From Cyanophora paradoxa CCMP329 (Eukaryota; Plantae; Glaucophyta), in the NCBI GenBank assembly GCA_004431415.1, contig QPMI01000627.1:62001-126000 (forward strand): a stretch of 64,000 nt of DNA, in the 5' to 3' direction. The notes below the pieces were generated by a model. It saw only the letters and a list, made by a program, of their open reading frames with translations. It did no database searches and was not told where the DNA came from. Made by a program: the position numbers and the translations under genes. Below are positions 61,065 to 64,000 of this stretch, in pieces. Numbering within the stretch: the stretch's first letter is position 1; each line of letters begins with the position of its first letter.

Positions 61065-63515
61065 TCAGCAGTACCAGAAGCCGTCGGCGGCGGGGTCCGC
61101 CTGCTCCCCCCGCATCTGCTCCACCTGCTCGATCGGGTTCTCCTTCTCGAAGCTGTACCCCTGGAAGTGCTCGTCCACAGAGCCCGAGAGGCTGTGCGCC
61201 GGCGAGTCCGTCGGCGGCATCGCCGTGAACTCGTTGTCGAACATGGACGTCACGTCGCCGTACAGGCGCGTGTCCGGCCGGAACGGAGTCTCCAGCTCTT
61301 TCTGGATGAGGGCCAGCCAGTCCACGTTGGCGAAGAACGGGTGCTGCAAAAGAAGAACGCGGTTCGAATCCGGGCGGAGCCGCCCGGAACAGAGGGGTAC
61401 GCACCATCATGATGTCGTACGCGCCGCCGGGGCCGCTGCCGAGCCGCTTCTCGGGCTCCTTCACTAGCAGCTGCGGGGCGCGGGGGTACGTCAGACGTAG
61501 AAGCGGCGGCGGGGGTACGGGGTCCGGCGGACCGCGCGGCAGAGCGACTTGGCCTCCTCGGAGAGGTACCCCGGGAAGCGCGGCTCCTCGTGCAAAATGG
61601 CCTCCTGCACCTCGGCGCGCGTCTTCCGCGCGAACGGCGGCTGCGAGGGCGAGGCTCGAACGCGGGACGGAGGTACGGCTCCCGAAATTCAAAAAGCGCG
61701 CACGAAGCCCGTGAGCATCTCGTAGACGAGGCAGCCGAAGGACCACCAGTCGATGTTCTTGCCGTACCCCCGCCGGATGAGGACGCAGGGCGCCATGTAT
61801 TCGAGGGTCCCGCAGAAGGTCTGCGTGCCCCCGTTCGCCTCGTCGACCTCCTTCGCCAGTCCGAAGTCCGTGAGGCGCGCGTGGCCCTCGGCTGCGGCGC
61901 GGACGCACGCGCTCGGGTCAGCCGAGGCGCGCGCGCGCGGCGGAGGGGAGGCGGCGAAAGGGCACCGTCGAGGAGGACGTTCTCGGGCTTGAGGTCGCGG
62001 TAGACGATGCCGAGCTTGTGGAGATGGCCCAGCGCGAGGCAGATCTCCGCCGCGTAGTACTGGGCGACGGGCTCCGGGAAGAATTTCTCCCGCTTGAGGT
62101 GGAAGAAGAGCTCGCCGCCGACGAGAAAGTCGAGGATGAGGTACAGCTTCCCGTTCGTCTGGAAGGCGTAGTGCAGCTTCACGATGAACGGGTGCTGCAC
62201 GTCGCTCAGGATCGCCCGCTCCGTCACCGTACCCCTGATCTGCCGCGACTTGACGACGGCGTCCTTGCGGATCACCCTGCGCGGGGCTCAGCCGAGGCTG
62301 CGCGCGCGTGCGCGGGAGCGGAGCGCCGCACTTCATCGCGTAGAGCTCCTTCGTGTCCCGCTTGCGGACGAGGAGGACTTTGGCGAACGAGCCGCGGCCC
62401 AGCACCTTCAGGATCTGCGGGGCGCGGGTCGGAGGCGCGCTTCGGCGCACCGTGGCGAAGCCGAGCCGCGACGAACGGCGTACCTCGAAGTCTTCCAGCA
62501 TCGTTCTCTTCGGCGGCTGCACTGCAGCTGGGCTCGGCTCTGGCGCCCTGGACGACGGCTGCTCGTCCTCCTGGTCGTACGCGGCGAGGCAGAGCGTAGA
62601 GACGGCGCGCTTCATGCGCGGGGCCTCCTCCACAGGCGCAATCTCCGGCGATTTCACGAAATCCGAACGACGCCGCAGACATTCCGCGGGCGTGAGCGAT
62701 GCCGGCGGCGACGGAATGACCTTCTGCGCCTTCCCGTGGATTTCGCCCCTGCGCGCGCAACGGCCGGTTCGCATTCGACGGCGAGTTCCGACCACAGGGG
62801 GCAACGCACAGTCCGATGGACATGTAGCGTTCGCGAACTACTGTCGTCGGAGCGATCTGCAGCGTCTTATCCAACTCCCGGTGGCCGTGGTGGCCCAAGT
62901 GCCCGTTCGAGTGGATCACCGTGTGCTGCAAGTGGTGCACTGCGCCAAGGGCGCTCAGAGCGATAAACGAGATACTTGGAGCCGTGCCGAACCTGAGCTA
63001 TCGTACAGAGTCAAGCAATCCGCATCCTCCGCTGCATGCTCCATATCATGCTGGATCTCGTCCAGGCTGAACATGTTCTTGGCATTCGCTGGCTCTGCGC
63101 CGCGGTCGGAGAGCGTCGCCAAAGGCGTTGCGGAAGCGCGCACGCTCTTGCCGGGGCAGCCTGACGTGCGCCGGCGAATCTGGGACATCGTTGGTGTCGC
63201 CGCCATCAGAGCCCGGGCGAAGCGCTGGAAGGTCGTCACCACGCGAGGGCGGAAGCTCGATATCGATTAGCTTTACGCCTCCAACACCTGAATCGAAGGC
63301 GCCCGCATGAGCACCGGCGCGGAAACCGCGCTGCGGCAACGTGGCGACAGATGCTGTCCCAGAACTTGGCCGTTCGGGCTCGCGTGTGCGAACGCACCCT
63401 CAATAAGCTCCTTCAGCTCGTTCATGCTCTGCTTCCTGGACTTGACCGCGGCGGCCACGTCGGCCACGGAGGGACCAAGCCCATCCGCCTCGAAGAAGAG
63501 CTCATCGTCTCCCAT
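61065..63515 (-). CDS. AGC-family Ser/Thr kinase, ribosomal S6 kinase-like (start approximate)
   Basis: [69 protein letters not shown]; AGC tail with PTDSP turn motif and FQGYSF hydrophobic motif. Confidence 0.92.
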
Positions 63516-64000
63516 CGCTGCTGCTGATACGCGCCTCACTGGCGCCCGCTCTCTGGGTCCTCCCGGAGCACGAGGATGCGTAAGCGCGCTCACAAATGAT
63601 GGAGTAGGGTACTGGGTTGAGCAACGCAAGACAGGCGTATCCCCACCCGGAACTTCGTTACTTCGGAGCTCGCCGGCAGCAACCTCCAAGCAGCAACGAT
63701 GCCGTCCCCCGCCGCCAGCGATGCGCCGCCGCGCCTTCCGCCCACTGGTGCGTCGGAACCTTCGCCGAGCGCACCAGCGCCCGGCGTCACACGAACGACT
63801 GACCAACCGATCGCTTCGCCGCCGCCGCCTTGCAGACATGGTGCGAGTGGCGACCAGCCCTGCCGACGCCTGCGCCTCCCACTTCCTAGAGCGCACAACC
63901 TCCGGGGGCTAGAGCGCGCTCCGGCTCGAGCGCGGGCTTCTTCCTCGTCGGCGGCGAGCTCTTCTTCACTGAGCCTAGCGCAGTTCACTCCCAGCAATCT

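Overview
GC-rich, intron-dense eukaryotic nuclear DNA. Introns are typically 55-110 nt, with GT or GC donors, CTGAC/CTGAG/CTAAC-type branch sites and CAG acceptors, so most ORF-track entries are exon fragments or GC artefacts. Gene models below were spliced by eye. Two features point to a glaucophyte such as Cyanophora (inference): MAF-/MMF-type plastid transit peptides without a signal peptide, and a tubulin-glutamylase subunit typical of flagellated cells. Contents in order: a cluster of four hAT-type MITEs, a calpain-LRR fusion gene, an orphan beta-rich protein, a tandem GT32 glycosyltransferase with a 50-bp intronic satellite, and an F-box gene. Next is a ~17-kb rearranged duplication holding two inverted, near-identical plastid-targeted SbtA-family (Na+/HCO3-) transporter genes and two copies of a two-domain thioredoxin gene; one thioredoxin copy is head-to-head with SbtA across a 303-bp promoter. 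Between the thioredoxin copies lies a hidden gene built from ten consecutive 21-nt (7-aa) microexons. The rest is TPGS2, a coiled-coil gene, GDT1/TMEM165, a bacterial-type PRTase with a transit-peptide-like leader, a secreted Cys-rich orphan, calmodulin and an S6K-like kinase with APE changed to APC. Best candidates for new biology are the spliced, plastid-targeted SbtA/thioredoxin cassette (possible eukaryotic CO2-concentrating module) and the heptad-microexon gene.
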